A DNA stretch of 64,000 nt from Craspedostauros australis (Eukaryota): assembly GCA_030167865.1 (NCBI GenBank), contig JALAGF010004961.1:1-64000 (forward strand), written 5' to 3'. Positions 32,443 to 45,600 of the stretch are shown here, one piece after another (position 1 is the stretch's first letter; each line of letters begins with the position of its first letter). The translations under genes were made by a program, and so were the position numbers. The notes beneath the pieces are model-generated. The model was not told the origin of the DNA. It did not search any database and saw only the letters and a program-made list of their open reading frames with translations.

Positions 32443-35400
32443 TGGACTCTTGCTATGAATGCTGAATGCTCGGTGTCACCGATCCGTGCGACAGATGGGT
32501 TTTATGAGCTCTTCGATGTCTTCGTTTTGGAATGAACGAACGAATGACGTTGGAATGTGTCGCGTTGCGCTGTGGGATGGAGTATCACTCGTCGTCGCTT
32601 CGCATGGGGTGATCGTTTGCCCTCTTTTTCAATCGCACAAGACAGATCCGATGTCGTGGTGGCGTTGCGTTGATTCCTCGCGAAGTGAGACTGTGCGAAC
32701 AAGTTCTTGTTCGCTGTTTCGTGTCAATGCTGTCGGATTCGTGTCCAAGATGAATCGATCTCCAAACTATTCTACTATACTCCGTGGGCGTCGCCTGCTC
32801 AAGTGTCAGAGAGATGGGTTGGTTGCTTTTGTTGCCGGTTGCAATGCAGTTTATGAGCAGGCAAGGAATGGAGATGCAGAAAGCCAGTTGCTGGGCAATT
32901 CCTATTCTACTTCGATTGCGATGCGATACTCCAACAATGATATGTTTGTGAGGGCACAACGCCGAGATGTTGGCCCCTTGGCCATTGCGTGTTGTCAACA
33001 CAGTATGCGCAAGAGGGCCGCATTGGAACGCCCAACTGACAGAGTGTGTGCAAGCGGCAGCAAGAAACAACGAGGCCTGCGAATGAGCAATAGCCGTGTT
33101 TGCGTTCTTCCTCTTCGTTTGGGCCCGCGTCGCCAACCAATTACGACCAACCAACATGCGAGCAATGCGCAATTTGTCGCCGTGCTGGGTCTTGTGTGAT
33201 GATTCAACGCGTTTGAGCATCTTTCTCCGGGTAGTTTCAGCGCCTGACGAATTCCAATTAACTCCGACAATTAAAGCAAGAGAAGCGAAGGTATCCCAAA
33301 AGGCGTATCCTGGCTTTCACGGATGCTGCCTTCGAAAAGTCAGAACAGCCTTGCGCTAGTCGCATGCGTGTCGTTGCGACGTCTTCAACTGGGAATACTC
33401 ACGAGTCCTCAGCATCGCGGTTCAGTTGAGCGCAGCCAAGTGAGTCACCATAGTGTGGTCATAACATCGTGCTGGTATGCACCACTTGTTTTTGCCCATG
33501 TGCGCTCTGCGCCTCATGACATGAGACGGAAGCTATGCAGAGTAGAGGCAGAGCAACAAGTTTGGTGTTGTATCATTTGCTGGAGAGCAGAGAACTTCTT
33601 TCTCAGTTGCATACGTACAACACCAAAGGGTGGTATGAACAACAACAGTGGCTCCACTGGCCACTGTCAAGTGGATGGTAGCATAGCATAGTATCACCGT
33701 TCAATAGTACCATCGATCCCAACACATTATTCCAACAAGGCTTTTTGAGTTGGGGGAACATGAAATCTCACCGCGCTCCGTAGCATATTATACAACAAAT
33801 ACGCATCGCATCGAGTTCTCCATCTGTCTTCTTTCATGCACCATCTTCCGTGCCTTCCCCTTTTGTCTTCCCTGCAAATAGAGCATTGGAGGTGGCGCTG
33901 CCCAAATAGCTATGGCACTACGCGTGTTGAAGCTATTACTCTGCTTTTCTACCATAGATCGGATAATACATTGCTGCTTGCAACATCGTCTTCCTACATT
34001 CTTCTGTTCCCCTTTGCTTTCCTTTTTGAAATGTCGGCGATGTTCAGAAATTGTGATCTCGGATCTTGCATGCATCTTTCAAGTCGTGGATATGCAATGC
34101 ACGTTTGGAACAGCCAATCGCCACGTTTGGTGGCAATGCAGTCTGCACGACATATATACAGTCTGTCAGTCGTCGGAATCCGCCACCTGTGTTCGTTGCT
34201 GATTGCTTGCCCGGCTTCGCCCACGATAACGACAGTCACGCACGACATGATGCATCGCGCTTGGTCTGCGAAGCCAAGCCAAAGCGCCATAGTATTGCTC
34301 ACGATCGCGCCCAAAACCACAGTATGTATGGTGCACAATAACTCGTTGGTCCAGTTGGGAGAGAGGAATTACTGATTCAAGCATTCGTGTAAAGTACTAT
34401 ATGTCACTTCGTGAGCGAAAAGTGCCCATTCGGTATTCGGACGCCACACATTTTAGTTGTTTGACGTTCGTTGGAAGTCAACAGACACCTCACTAAGTAA
34501 TTGAGGTATAATGAGCTTAGTTGGCGCAATAAATCGCATGTCATGTGTGGTTGCGGCGAAAGGAAAAAATATCGTAGAGGCCATAATCGGCCGGGATGCC
34601 TTTGCTTCAGAGGATCTCGTCATGCTCGTGTGTGCGCGAACGTCGCGTTTGATCGCCTCATCGATTCGTTAGCTCGCTATTGCTCGCCGTGTTTGGAAAC
34701 ACGACTTCTGCGCAACTTTGAACAACACGTGAAGGGTGCGATCATCAGCACTAACGTTCATTCTTGACATTTCTCAACTTCGGCACGAGCATCGTTCACA
34801 AGCCCTCCCAAGATGTTGTTCGTTGCGGAAACTTCCGCTGTTTCTTTTCTTTGGTGTTGTGTCCTTTCTCCTCTCACACACATAAAATTCACAAGACAAG
34901 CACAAGGAACCTTCCTCAGGGCACCGCCGACAACGACATCATCTCTGATTCACTTTCAAGGTAAGCAAGAGCAAACAGCGCATCTTGTATCAATTACACA
35001 TGATACGACAGCACTGTGTTTTCGCCGGCCGAACTTTGCACACACAAACGGCATCAACCACATCACCATTCATCCACACCACCACCAGCTCTCTCTCTCT
35101 CATTCTCTCTGCGGCGCCACCCATCTCACGATTTGCATCCCCTTCGTTGTTGGGACTGATTCACCAACTGATTCATCGGATGGGACTGATCCATCCCTGT
35201 CACCTTACTGTTCATCCTTGCCGAACTGTCGTTTCTTTTCCTTCACAATTGCCACCGCTGAATCATCGTGAACGAAGTGTCAAGGGATCACAACAGCATC
35301 ATACTCTGCATTCCAGACAGGGCATCGCAGGTCACTTGTGTTGTTGTAAGCTACACTTCAACAGCAACAGCAACATACCTACTCGCATAGACGTTGAACC

Positions 35401-35871
35401 ACTCCATCGGTAATTCCCGCAAACAGGCGGATCGTCGCACTTTCACACATACGTAGCAACGTAAGAGCAACAAGAGCGACAAGAGCACAGCACCAACAAG
35501 ACAAATAGTGGGCAGCAGCGTTCATAAACGGCTCTCACATTGTTGTCGAAAGAAAGTGGAGTACTCTGCTCAATATAGTAAGTGCGACAGCAATGGGCAC
35601 ATAATCGCACACACAATGGGTTGTCTGATCGCACACTGATCATGTACAATAAATGCAATACATACGAGTGCACATGCAGTACACATGCAATGTACTCTGT
35701 CAAGCGCTTGGATTGGTGTTGGGACAATCAAACATCAACGACACTCACCAAATTCCATCACTCCATCCATCACTCCACGCATCTGAAACGCAACGACGTT
35801 AACAGTTTCGGCATCATAGGGTGCAACAACACGCTGAAAGCTCACCGTGACATCACACCATCACGCATAAC

Positions 35872-38800
35872 ATGAACCACGGTGATTGGGACACGGACAG
35901 CCGCAGCGTCCATGATTTCGCTGCCGCAGGAGACGACGATGAGTACGCCGATCTCAACGACCTCAGGCATCACCCATCGCATGAGATGTACCCCGATCCC
36001 GCGACGCTGCTGCGGCCCAGATCACAATCGCGCCGAAGAAATCCCAGCAGCCACTCGGGGTATTCCGGCTCCACCCTCTCGAGCGACGAATTCATGCCAA
36101 GTGCAAATCCCTCTGGCCACCAGTTCACGGCACAATTAGCAGATTTCAACCCTGTTCCTCCCATCCGTTCGAGCAGGTCGCTTGCCAGCGGAACGGACGT
36201 GATGGCCAGCCCGCCACTGCCCGTCAAATCCAAGCAATCGATTGCGACCGTGGATACGAACGTCTTGCTGCAACAAATGGAGAGCATCCAGCAAGAGCTG
36301 CAGCAGAGGTCCATGGACAGTTCCTTTGTTGATGTTGCTCTCAATGGCAATGGCAATGGCACTGGGAACAGCATGGGCAACAGCGTTGGCAACGAAAACG
36401 GCTCCATAGACTCGCTCGGTTCGTTCGACGACTTCTACGCCGACGATGCCCCCGATGATGAGCAGCAACAGCCCAACAACATCAAGCCTTTCAAGGCCGA
36501 CAGCCGGCGCGATTCCGACGGGAGCATTCAAGCGTCCGGTGCGAAACTGCGCCAGCTCTCCAGGGAGAACTCGGCCCTGATCTCACGTTTGCACCAACTC
36601 CAGATGGAAAACATGCAGCACTCCGCATCCGGCGGCTTCATGGAGGACGATTCATCTTACCAAAGCCACTATAGCGCGGGCAGTCGCCGCAGTCGAGGTA
36701 GCCGTCACAGCAGCCGCAGTCTCGGCAGCCCCGGCCATCACAGCCCCGGCTACCACAGCCCCAGGCCTTCTGCTCACTCGCGATCCATGATGCGCGGAGG
36801 TTCCCCCTACGGTGACGTCTCAATCCCGCGAACCGGCATTCCGACGTACGCTTCACCATCGCTGATACCACCAGAGGCGATGTTCCACATCCCAACGCCT
36901 CCGCATTCCGACACCGAATCGGTTGGCAGCTATCATTCGAGGTCCTCCGCGCGCAGAGCCAGCGCCCTTCCCATCCCGCAATCACCTCGAATCTCCTCGC
37001 CCTACGCCCGGACAGCAGCAGGACTCGGAAGCATGCACGCCGCCGCACCCACGAGGCATTTCAGCGAGCAACAGTTTGCCTCTGGCTTCGGTCCGGCAGC
37101 TCCTCCCTTCGCTCACGCAAGGACTGGCAACCCACAGCCACCGCTCAGAGCCCACAGCTACGATGGCCGCTCGCACGCTCCATTTGCGCCGACGGTCGAC
37201 GATTTCCACGAGGTTCATCACGTTCCGCGCGATTCGCACTCCGTGACGGGTGGCGAAGCGTGGTATCAGCCACCACCCAGTCCGCACTTGGTCTCGCCAC
37301 CGGGCCATTTCGCGATCCCAGTGACAAGCTTCCACCGGCACTCGTACACTGCCAGGAATACGAGATCACCTGCAGGCGCCGCGCAGCAACCCCCTCGCTT
37401 CCTATCTCAGCCACTGCCACAGCCAGGGTTGGTGCATTCATTTCAGCAAAGTCCGGTCTCGTACAGCGGTCTGGAAAATCCATCCTTCTCCACCATCCCG
37501 GATGACATCGCCTTCGGTTCGATGACCGACGATATGTTGGCACGAAGTATGGCAGGAGACGTGCACGATGACCATTCGTTGGTGAGCGGGGATGGATCCA
37601 GCCTTCCCACCCGCCGTTTGCAGTCATCTAACTCGGTCAAATCTCAAGCACGCCGGCCATCGGGCAAAACCACCGCTACATCGCTGCACTCCGGATCGAG
37701 CCACACCAAGAAGATCAAGTCACAGCAGTACGCCGATCCCATCAACGACTACGAGCCAGTCGACAACCCGCCGGGGTCTCGCTTTTGGAAGTCCCTCTCC
37801 GTGGCCATGACGTGCCTCATTCCGGACTGCCTCATCCCCAAGGAAGAGGACAGCCAGAAGCTGGCATGGCGCGAGAAGGTCACGATCTGTCTCATCGTCT
37901 TCTTCATCTCCGTCGCGATCGTGGGTGGCATCGGCTTCCTCCCCATCTTCCTGTGCCGCGCATCAAACTTCTACTCACAGGAGGAAATCAACAACCAAAG
38001 CGGCGAGGCCTGGATCACGATCTTCGGCACAATCTACGATGTCAGAGGTTATATCAGCCGCCATCCCGGCGGATCCCAGGGCATCCGCGACTACCTGGGC
38101 CAGGACGCGACCGAGCTCTTCCCACGTCCGCCTCCCGCCGCGCTTCCCGCGTTCTGTCTCGACGTGCAGAAGAACTCGTCTCTGGTGGAAGATGTGGGCT
38201 GCCCGCAGCTGGAAGAGCTGGATGACCTTGATTCCGCTGGCGCCTTCTGCCACACAACCATCGTTGGTCGCGAGGGTGTCCAAGAAGCGTTTAGTGGCTC
38301 CAGGGAGGGCGAAGTCGTCATCCCTGCATGGAAGCTCGGCGAGGATGAGTCCATGAGCTACGTTATCCTTGACAAGACGATCTACGACGTGTCGCAGTAC
38401 ATCGATGGGCTGCGGTAAGTCAATCGGGGCCATCGTCCAATCAGTGTCGTTGTGCACAATGCATTTGCTGCAAGTGCACGCGATAACATACGCACAAACA
38501 CCATCCCACTCATTGCACCCTTTCTCCTTTCTTCTTTGCAACCTTCTCACAGTGACGAGAAAACAAGGGTAATTTCTGGTGACCATTCCCATCCAAACGC
38601 CTATCTCGTCGAACAGCTCCATATGCTTGTCACCAACAAGCTCGGTGACGATGCGACGGCGCTTTACAACGACTTGTTCAACACCAACGATTACAAGAAC
38701 TGCATGGACATAATGTTCTACCATGCCCGCGTGGATGATCGTTATGACGCCATCTGCTCCAACATCGGTATCGCCATGTACTTCCTCCTCTTCGTCGTCA

Positions 38801-41256
38801 CCTTCATGATGCTCATCCAGGTCTTCTGCTCTCTCCTCTACCTGGCACGTAGCCATCCGCACTTTACGGATGAGGACAAGAAGGCAGCCGTAATGATCAT
38901 GGTGCCATGCTACAACGAAACGGACAAGGAACTCCTCAAGACCATCGATAGTGTTCTCTTGAATGACTACCCTGAGGAGAACAAGATCCTGACCGTTGTG
39001 GCTGACGGTGTCATCACCGGAGCTGGTGCGACAGCCAGCACGCCAGAGATCCTTGGCCAGATCCTCGGTTTCGAATTCGATTGCATGGACGAAGCACACG
39101 AATACAAGAGTCTTGGTGAGAATACCAGGAACTACATCTCTGTCTACGCAGGAGTGTACGAAAAGGAGATCGGCAACGGAACGCGACGCCTCAAGTACAT
39201 GGTCCTCGTCAAGCAAGGATCGATGGCAGAACGTGGCACTCGCCGAGCCGGTAACAGAGGAAAGCGTGACTCTCAGCTCGCCATTGCTGGTATGCTGAAC
39301 CGCCTCCATTACAACCGTGAGCCAGGTGAGCTGGACAACGTCGTGAAGCGCGAGTTGGACCGTCTTGATATCCCACTGAAGGACATCGAGTACATGATGG
39401 CCATCGACGCCGACACCCGCGTCCATCGCATGGCCATGCAGCACATGGTCTACCACCTCGAACGCAACAAGACCGTCCTCGCCTGCTGCGGAGAGACCCA
39501 GGTCGACAACAAGGCGCAATCATGGGTCACCATGATGCAAGTCTTCGAGTACTTCTCGAGTCACCACATGAAGAAGGCCTTCGAGTCTGTGTTCGGTTGC
39601 GTCACATGTCTCCCAGGCTGCTTCACCATGTACCGACTTTTCACCGAAGACATGAACCCCTTGATCTCCGCCGACATCATCTTCCAAGAGTACTCTCGCA
39701 ACGACATCCAGTCCCTTCACGAGAAGAACCTGTACGAGCTCGGAGAAGACCGTATGCTCACGACGCTGCTGTTGCAGCACTTCGCAGGAATGAAGCTGAG
39801 TTTCGTCCCAGAAGCCATCTGTTGGACCATCGTTCCCCATACCTTCTCCATCTTGCTGAGCCAACGTCGTCGATGGATCAACTCCACACTCCACAACATG
39901 TTCGAGTTGTTGAAGGTGGAGACGATGTGTGGTATCTGTTGCATATCGATGAAGACCATCGTGATCGCAGATCTGCTCGCCACCATGATCCTTCCGGCAA
40001 GTATCGCATACCTCGGATACCTGGGATATCTCTTTGCCACTCAGCCCGAAACGATCGACACGTTCGTGTTATACTTCTACGCCGTGACGATCATCCTGAT
40101 GATGCTTCCATTCCTGATCCGTTCTCGATGGGACTACTTCTTCTGGTTCATCATGTACGTGTTGTTTGGCATTCCGACATTCTACTTCATCCTTCCTCTG
40201 TATTCGTTCGTCCACATGGATGACTTCTCGTGGGGTAAGACGCGCATGGTTAGCGGCGGAGATGCTGCGACGAAACCAGCGACTGAAATGACGGAGCCGT
40301 TGAAGAAGGAAAAGGAGCCATCGAACGAAACGAAAAAAACTGATGCCCAATCCATACGCGAAGGATCGGCCGGACAAAAGGTCCGGGAGGCCGAGGCAAG
40401 AGAGGATGACGAGATACTGTCACTTTCCGAGACCAGCGCCGGGACGTCCCAGCACAATTCTATTCGTGACGGCAACTCAGGCAGGTCCATCTCCAGATCC
40501 CTCCGATCAAGATCTAAGCAACGAACTTCCGTCGCCGCAAAGCAGCGTTCCAAACCCCAATCTGCGACTGTGGTTGAGGCCGTGTCGGTCGGAACTGACT
40601 CCGGAGAGATCTTGGTCTACTTCAAGGCCCCAAATGAAGACCGGCAGCCTCCATTGGAGCAGCTTTTCACCGAGCTTGAACGCTCACAAGCGCTCCAGGG
40701 GGAATTCAACATCCACAGCATCCTCGCACGCTGCGATCCCGATGATCACAACATCCCCCGCAGCGCAGACACAACCGACCCAGAGAGCGACAACTTATGG
40801 TTCACTCTCGTCCGCCGCATCCAACCCACAGAACACAACAGTGTGGCGCTGCGGCAAGAGTACGCAGGAGCACTGTGCGAGATGATGAACAGGATCAGCG
40901 CCAGGAACCTGAAGGATAGCTTCGAGTTTCGTGTTGGGATGGATGTTTCCCCGGAAGGAGGGTCGCAACCACTTGGTGATCACGTCAGCACCGGCGATGC
41001 TATCATGTTCATTCAGGACGTCTTTCCTCAAATGGCACTTGATGCATTGGCCATGGATCGAGACACCATCGAACTTTACTTTGGAAGAAGCAACGCGGGA
41101 GAAGCTAAGAACGCCATCCTGCAAGAAATGTTCTCCCGTCAACAGGCCGCCGGTGTAGGCAGCGACGACAACGACGGCAGCAGCGCGAGCATCGAGGGCG
41201 ACAGCAACGTCGAAGATGTCAGTGACGATGGCGATGGCAATCCCTCTAATTCTTGA
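35872..41256 (+). CDS. CHS: Chitin synthase CHS-D, 2 exons, ~1748 aa
   Basis: Exons 35872-38414 and 38553-41256; intron 38415-38552 (GTAAGT...CACAG, 138 nt). HPGG, GNRGKRDSQ, QVFEY, LGEDRMLT, QRRRW, SWGKTR all intact. Confidence 0.95.
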
Positions 41257-42536
41257 GTTGGCGTTGGCTCCACGTTGAGAGTTGCGCAGTGTCCGGACTG
41301 TCGGCACACTGGAGGCATTTGCGAATTGCGGACAAACCAGAATTCCAGTCTCCGCTCAGTCCATTTTTGTCGACAAGTGCACAGGTCGACACCAGTAATC
41401 CAATCCAAACTCAACTGTGTACCATAGTCGTATGCGTACTTGTACGAGGTTGGTGTTGAGTAAACAATGGACTGCTCTGCGAGTACTCATCATCTGACAA
41501 TCGTCATGCCGCCGATCGCGCCGCCCTGCGCATGCCCTAGCCTGTGAGATGGTGAGGGAGAAACAGCCTCGTTTTTGGACGCGGTCCCGGAATGGCAATG
41601 GCCGGAGTACGACTATGGTGCGATCAGTGCACAACTTGGATGTGCGATTGATCGGTGATTGGTGGTCAAAGCCGTTCGTCATGTCAACTGGTTTTGGGAG
41701 AACAACTCCCACAATCGTGACCAAACTGTCCCTGACTCCTTCCGAACAATTCCGCTGTGCTGTTTGACATAGAAGAAGCAAAGGCGAATCCAAAACCGAA
41801 GGCGAACACGGCGCCACATTCGTTAATACGAGAATGTCGAAGACATATCAAAGAATCACGAGGAACTGCCGTCAAACCATCATGCAGAAAAAGATGTGCG
41901 ATCGAAACTGTTTTCGCAAGCGATAGTCACAGAAAAGGCAGTTCTGGTCTCCAAGGGTACGTTCACTCACTCATACAGTCAAAGGTCTCCACGAAGCTCC
42001 ACGCCATAATCGCACAGAGAGCGACACAGACAGACAGCGGTAATGACCATCATCATCGCACAATGAGACAGAGATTGCCACCGGCTTCTCCCCCTTGTTT
42101 GCCACGGAGCGCGCTGCGATGCACCGCTTCGACGCGATGTGGTGCCATGCCATGTGCTGGGATGGTGCGGCGAGGTGCGGCGAGGTCAAATGCAACACCG
42201 CAAAGCATCAAAAGGCGCATCCGCCCAAAGCCACAGAGAGCTATTATACATCTGCACATAAACTGAATCTGAGAGCAATCGACCAAGAAATCAATCACCC
42301 AATCCGCCAAGAAAGGTACGTTGACCAGCCATGCTGGCAAGGAAGATAGGAAGACACTCTCGCACCATCGCACCATCGTCCCAATCTCCCAATGTCTCGG
42401 CGGATTAGCATGCTGTCACAACCTGTATTTCGCGCAATCGCTCCTGCACTCACCCTCATTCTTTGCTTCCAATCTTCCTACTAATACTCTATTATTCTTG
42501 ATGTTCAGCACTCAGGAAGAATCAAGCACTCCCTAG

Positions 42537-42574
42537 AGCCCCGACTCAAGCCCCGACTCAAGCCCCACCTCAAG
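42537..42574. repeat. 12-bp tandem repeat x3 just upstream of CHS-E
   Basis: agccccgactca agccccgactca agccccacctca ag. Confidence 0.85.
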
Positions 42575-42613
42575 TTAACGATCACAAGCAACATCACAAG
42601 CACTTCAAGCAAG

Positions 42614-45600
42614 ATGAGCGGACCCAACGATCACTACCAACCCGACGATGTGTTGCTACCATCTGCAGAAGATCACGCTCCCACCCGATTGAGCCAGGAC
42701 ATGGCTGGCTTGCAACAGCAAATGCGAGGCATTCAACGAACGCTCGCGGAGCTGGCTCGAAACGGAGACGAGCATTCGCTCGGAGGAGGTAGCAGTGTCG
42801 GATCTCATCGCGCAAGAACATTGAGATCGGGCACCATCCCGGAGTCTCTGTCTGAACCAACCCCCGTCGGCATCGAATCGGCCGGTGATGCCTCCCAAAA
42901 CCGTGTGAAACAGCTTTTCTTGGAGAATGCTGCACTCGCGGATCGCCTCCGCAATCTGCAGCTCCAGGCCGCAAACCAGCAGCTCCAGGCCGAGTACATC
43001 GATGACGCTGCATCGTATCACAGTCATTATAGCCAACGTAGCCACCACAGCCAACGCAGCTTCAATAGCGTCCCACATGCGTATGGAATGATGCACCCTA
43101 ACGTGCGACCAGTGACACCAACTGCAATGCACATGAGTCCGCATGCAAGCCCGTACGCAAGCCCATACGCAAGCCCTCACATGAGCCCGCATAGCTACCA
43201 CGGCGGCGGAAACGCGATGGCCTACCGTGCGAGCTCGTCCATGGTGGATGTCTCATCCCACATCCCACCTCCCGTGCTTTCGGACACCCGCTCCATGGGA
43301 AGCAGCGGTTCCATCTCACACCGCAAGACGTACGCGCAAAACACACTTTCGGCGCCAACTCGTCCACCTAGGATCGCAGGGAGAGTCGCGGCGCCGCGGC
43401 GCGTCCAAAGCGGTTGGGGTGCCGCGCGGGCAGCCAGTCCAGATGTAGGAGTGCGCCGAGTGCATAGCTTCGAGCCACGCACGACTCTTCCGTTCGTACC
43501 GCTGACGCAACCGGTCCTTGTGCCGACGCAGACTGTGATGTCAGCGCAATATCCGCACCTCCATCCAGAGACCTTTTCTAACCATACCGAAGTCGATGCT
43601 GCACCGATGCACAACGTGCCGCAGGACATCATCGTCGACCCGAATAATGAATTGTGGGCGCCGAGCGTGGCTGGAGATGCTCGAGATGATCGGTCCTTGG
43701 TCAGCGGAGACGGATCTACGTTGCCAACTCGACGGTTCCACTCTGCGCATTCCATGCAGGCTCACCGCCCTGGAGCTGCGGTCACAGTGGCATCCACATC
43801 GTACTCCGGTTCCAATGCGAGCTTCTCACGAAGTCCTGCGAAGCAGTACGCCGACCCCATCGACGATTACGAACGTGACGATAATCCACCGGGCTCACGA
43901 TTCTGGAAGTCCCTCTCCGTGGCCATGACGTGCATCGTCCCGGATCGATGCATTCCCAAACAAGGCGCTGGTCCCAAACTGGCGTGGCGTGAGAAGGTCA
44001 CCATCTGCCTCATCGTCTTCTTCGTCTCCCTTGCAATCGTCGGTGGCATCGGTTTCCTCCCCATCTTCCTGTGCCGATCTTCCGGCTTGTACACACAAAA
44101 CGAGATCAACAAGCAAAGAGGCGAGGCTTGGATCACGATCTTCGGCACAATCTACAATGTCAGGGGCTTGATCGACAGCCATCCCGGCGGATCCCAGGGC
44201 ATCCGCGACTACCTTGGCAAGGACGCATCCCATCTCTTTCCACGCCCGCCCCCCACTGCCCTGCTTGCGAAGTGTCTTGACACCAGCAAGAACTCGTCCA
44301 TGGTGGAAGACGTGGGCTGCCCGCTGCTGGAAGACTCGGATTACAGCAATGCCAATAACTACTGCCACACAAGTATGGTCGGCATCGACGCCGTGCATGA
44401 GAAACTTGGTGGCCATGAAGAGGGCAAGCTGGTCATCCCACCGTGGACGCTCGCCGAAGACCAGGACGAGGACAAGCCGATGAGCTACCTCATCATCGAC
44501 AAAAGTATATACGATGTGTCGCACTACATCAATGCGTTACGGTGAGTCAATCAATGTTGAATTGCTGTTGTTGCTGTTGTTGTTGCTGCTGCTGCGCTGC
44601 AGTTATCATCATGACCACTTCTCTGCTATCATGATCTATTATACTTGCTCCCTTGGGAAATCAAGAACCAAATCTCACGCACCTTCACCGGCGCATCCGT
44701 CTCTCAATTACTCTCTCTCTCTCTCGCTCTCTCTGTACCCGTATTGGTTGTTCAACCAACAGTGACGAGAAGACCAAAGTCTTCAGCACCGAACCCTCCC
44801 ATCCAAATGCTTACCTGTTCGAGGATTTGCACAACCTTATCATCAGCAGACTTAATGAAGATGCGACTGCCGCCTACGATGCCGCCTTCCAGACCAATGA
44901 CTTCAAGATCTGCATGGACAAAATGTTCTACCATGCCCGCGTGGATGATCGTTATGACGCCGTCTGTTCCAACATCGGTGTCGCCATGTACTTCCTCCTC
45001 TTCGTCGTCACCTTCATGATGCTCATTCAGGTCTTCTGCTCGCTCCTCTACCTGGCACGCCGCCACCCGCAGTTCACAGCAGACGACAAGTCAGCCGCTG
45101 TCATGATCATGGTGCCGTGCTACAACGAAACGGACAAGGAACTCCTCAAGACCATCGATAGTGTTCTCTTGAATGACTACCCTGAGGAAAACAAGCTTCT
45201 CATGGTCGTCGCGGATGGGGTCATCACTGGATCTGGCGCAACAGCCAGTACGCCAGAGATCCTTGGCCAGATCCTCGGTTTCGAATTCGATTGCATGGAC
45301 GAGGCATACGAATACAAAAGCCTGGGAAAGAACACGAGAAACTACATCTCTGTCTACGCAGGAGTGTACGAAAAGAAGATCGGCAACGGAACGCGACGCC
45401 TCAAGTACATGGTCCTCGTCAAGCAAGGATCGATGGCAGAACGTGGTTCAGGCAGAGCAGGTAACAGAGGAAAGCGTGACTCTCAGCTCGTGATCACGGG
45501 CATGCTAAATCGCATGCAACACAACCGCGAACCAGCTGAGGTCGATGTCGTTGTCAGAAGGGAGCTTGAGCAGCTCGACATTCCGCTGAAGGACATCGAG

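Noticed and set aside
32459-34375. ORFs of 180-246 aa between the chitinase and CHS-D
   Set aside because: No coding-like composition or motifs; no transposase or reverse transcriptase signature seen.
38005-38125. CHS cytochrome-b5-like domain as a true heme-binding redox domain
   Set aside because: HPGG is present but the usual second His after DATxxF is not evident. This matches the b5-like domain already known in division-2 CHS, so it is neither novel nor demonstrably heme-binding.
37975-39519. Long antisense ORFs (also 52134-53468, 28495-29658, 19633-20586, 30408-31682, 62365-63207)
   Set aside because: They overlap well-supported genes on the opposite strand and are expected from GC-rich codon bias; no recognisable motifs.
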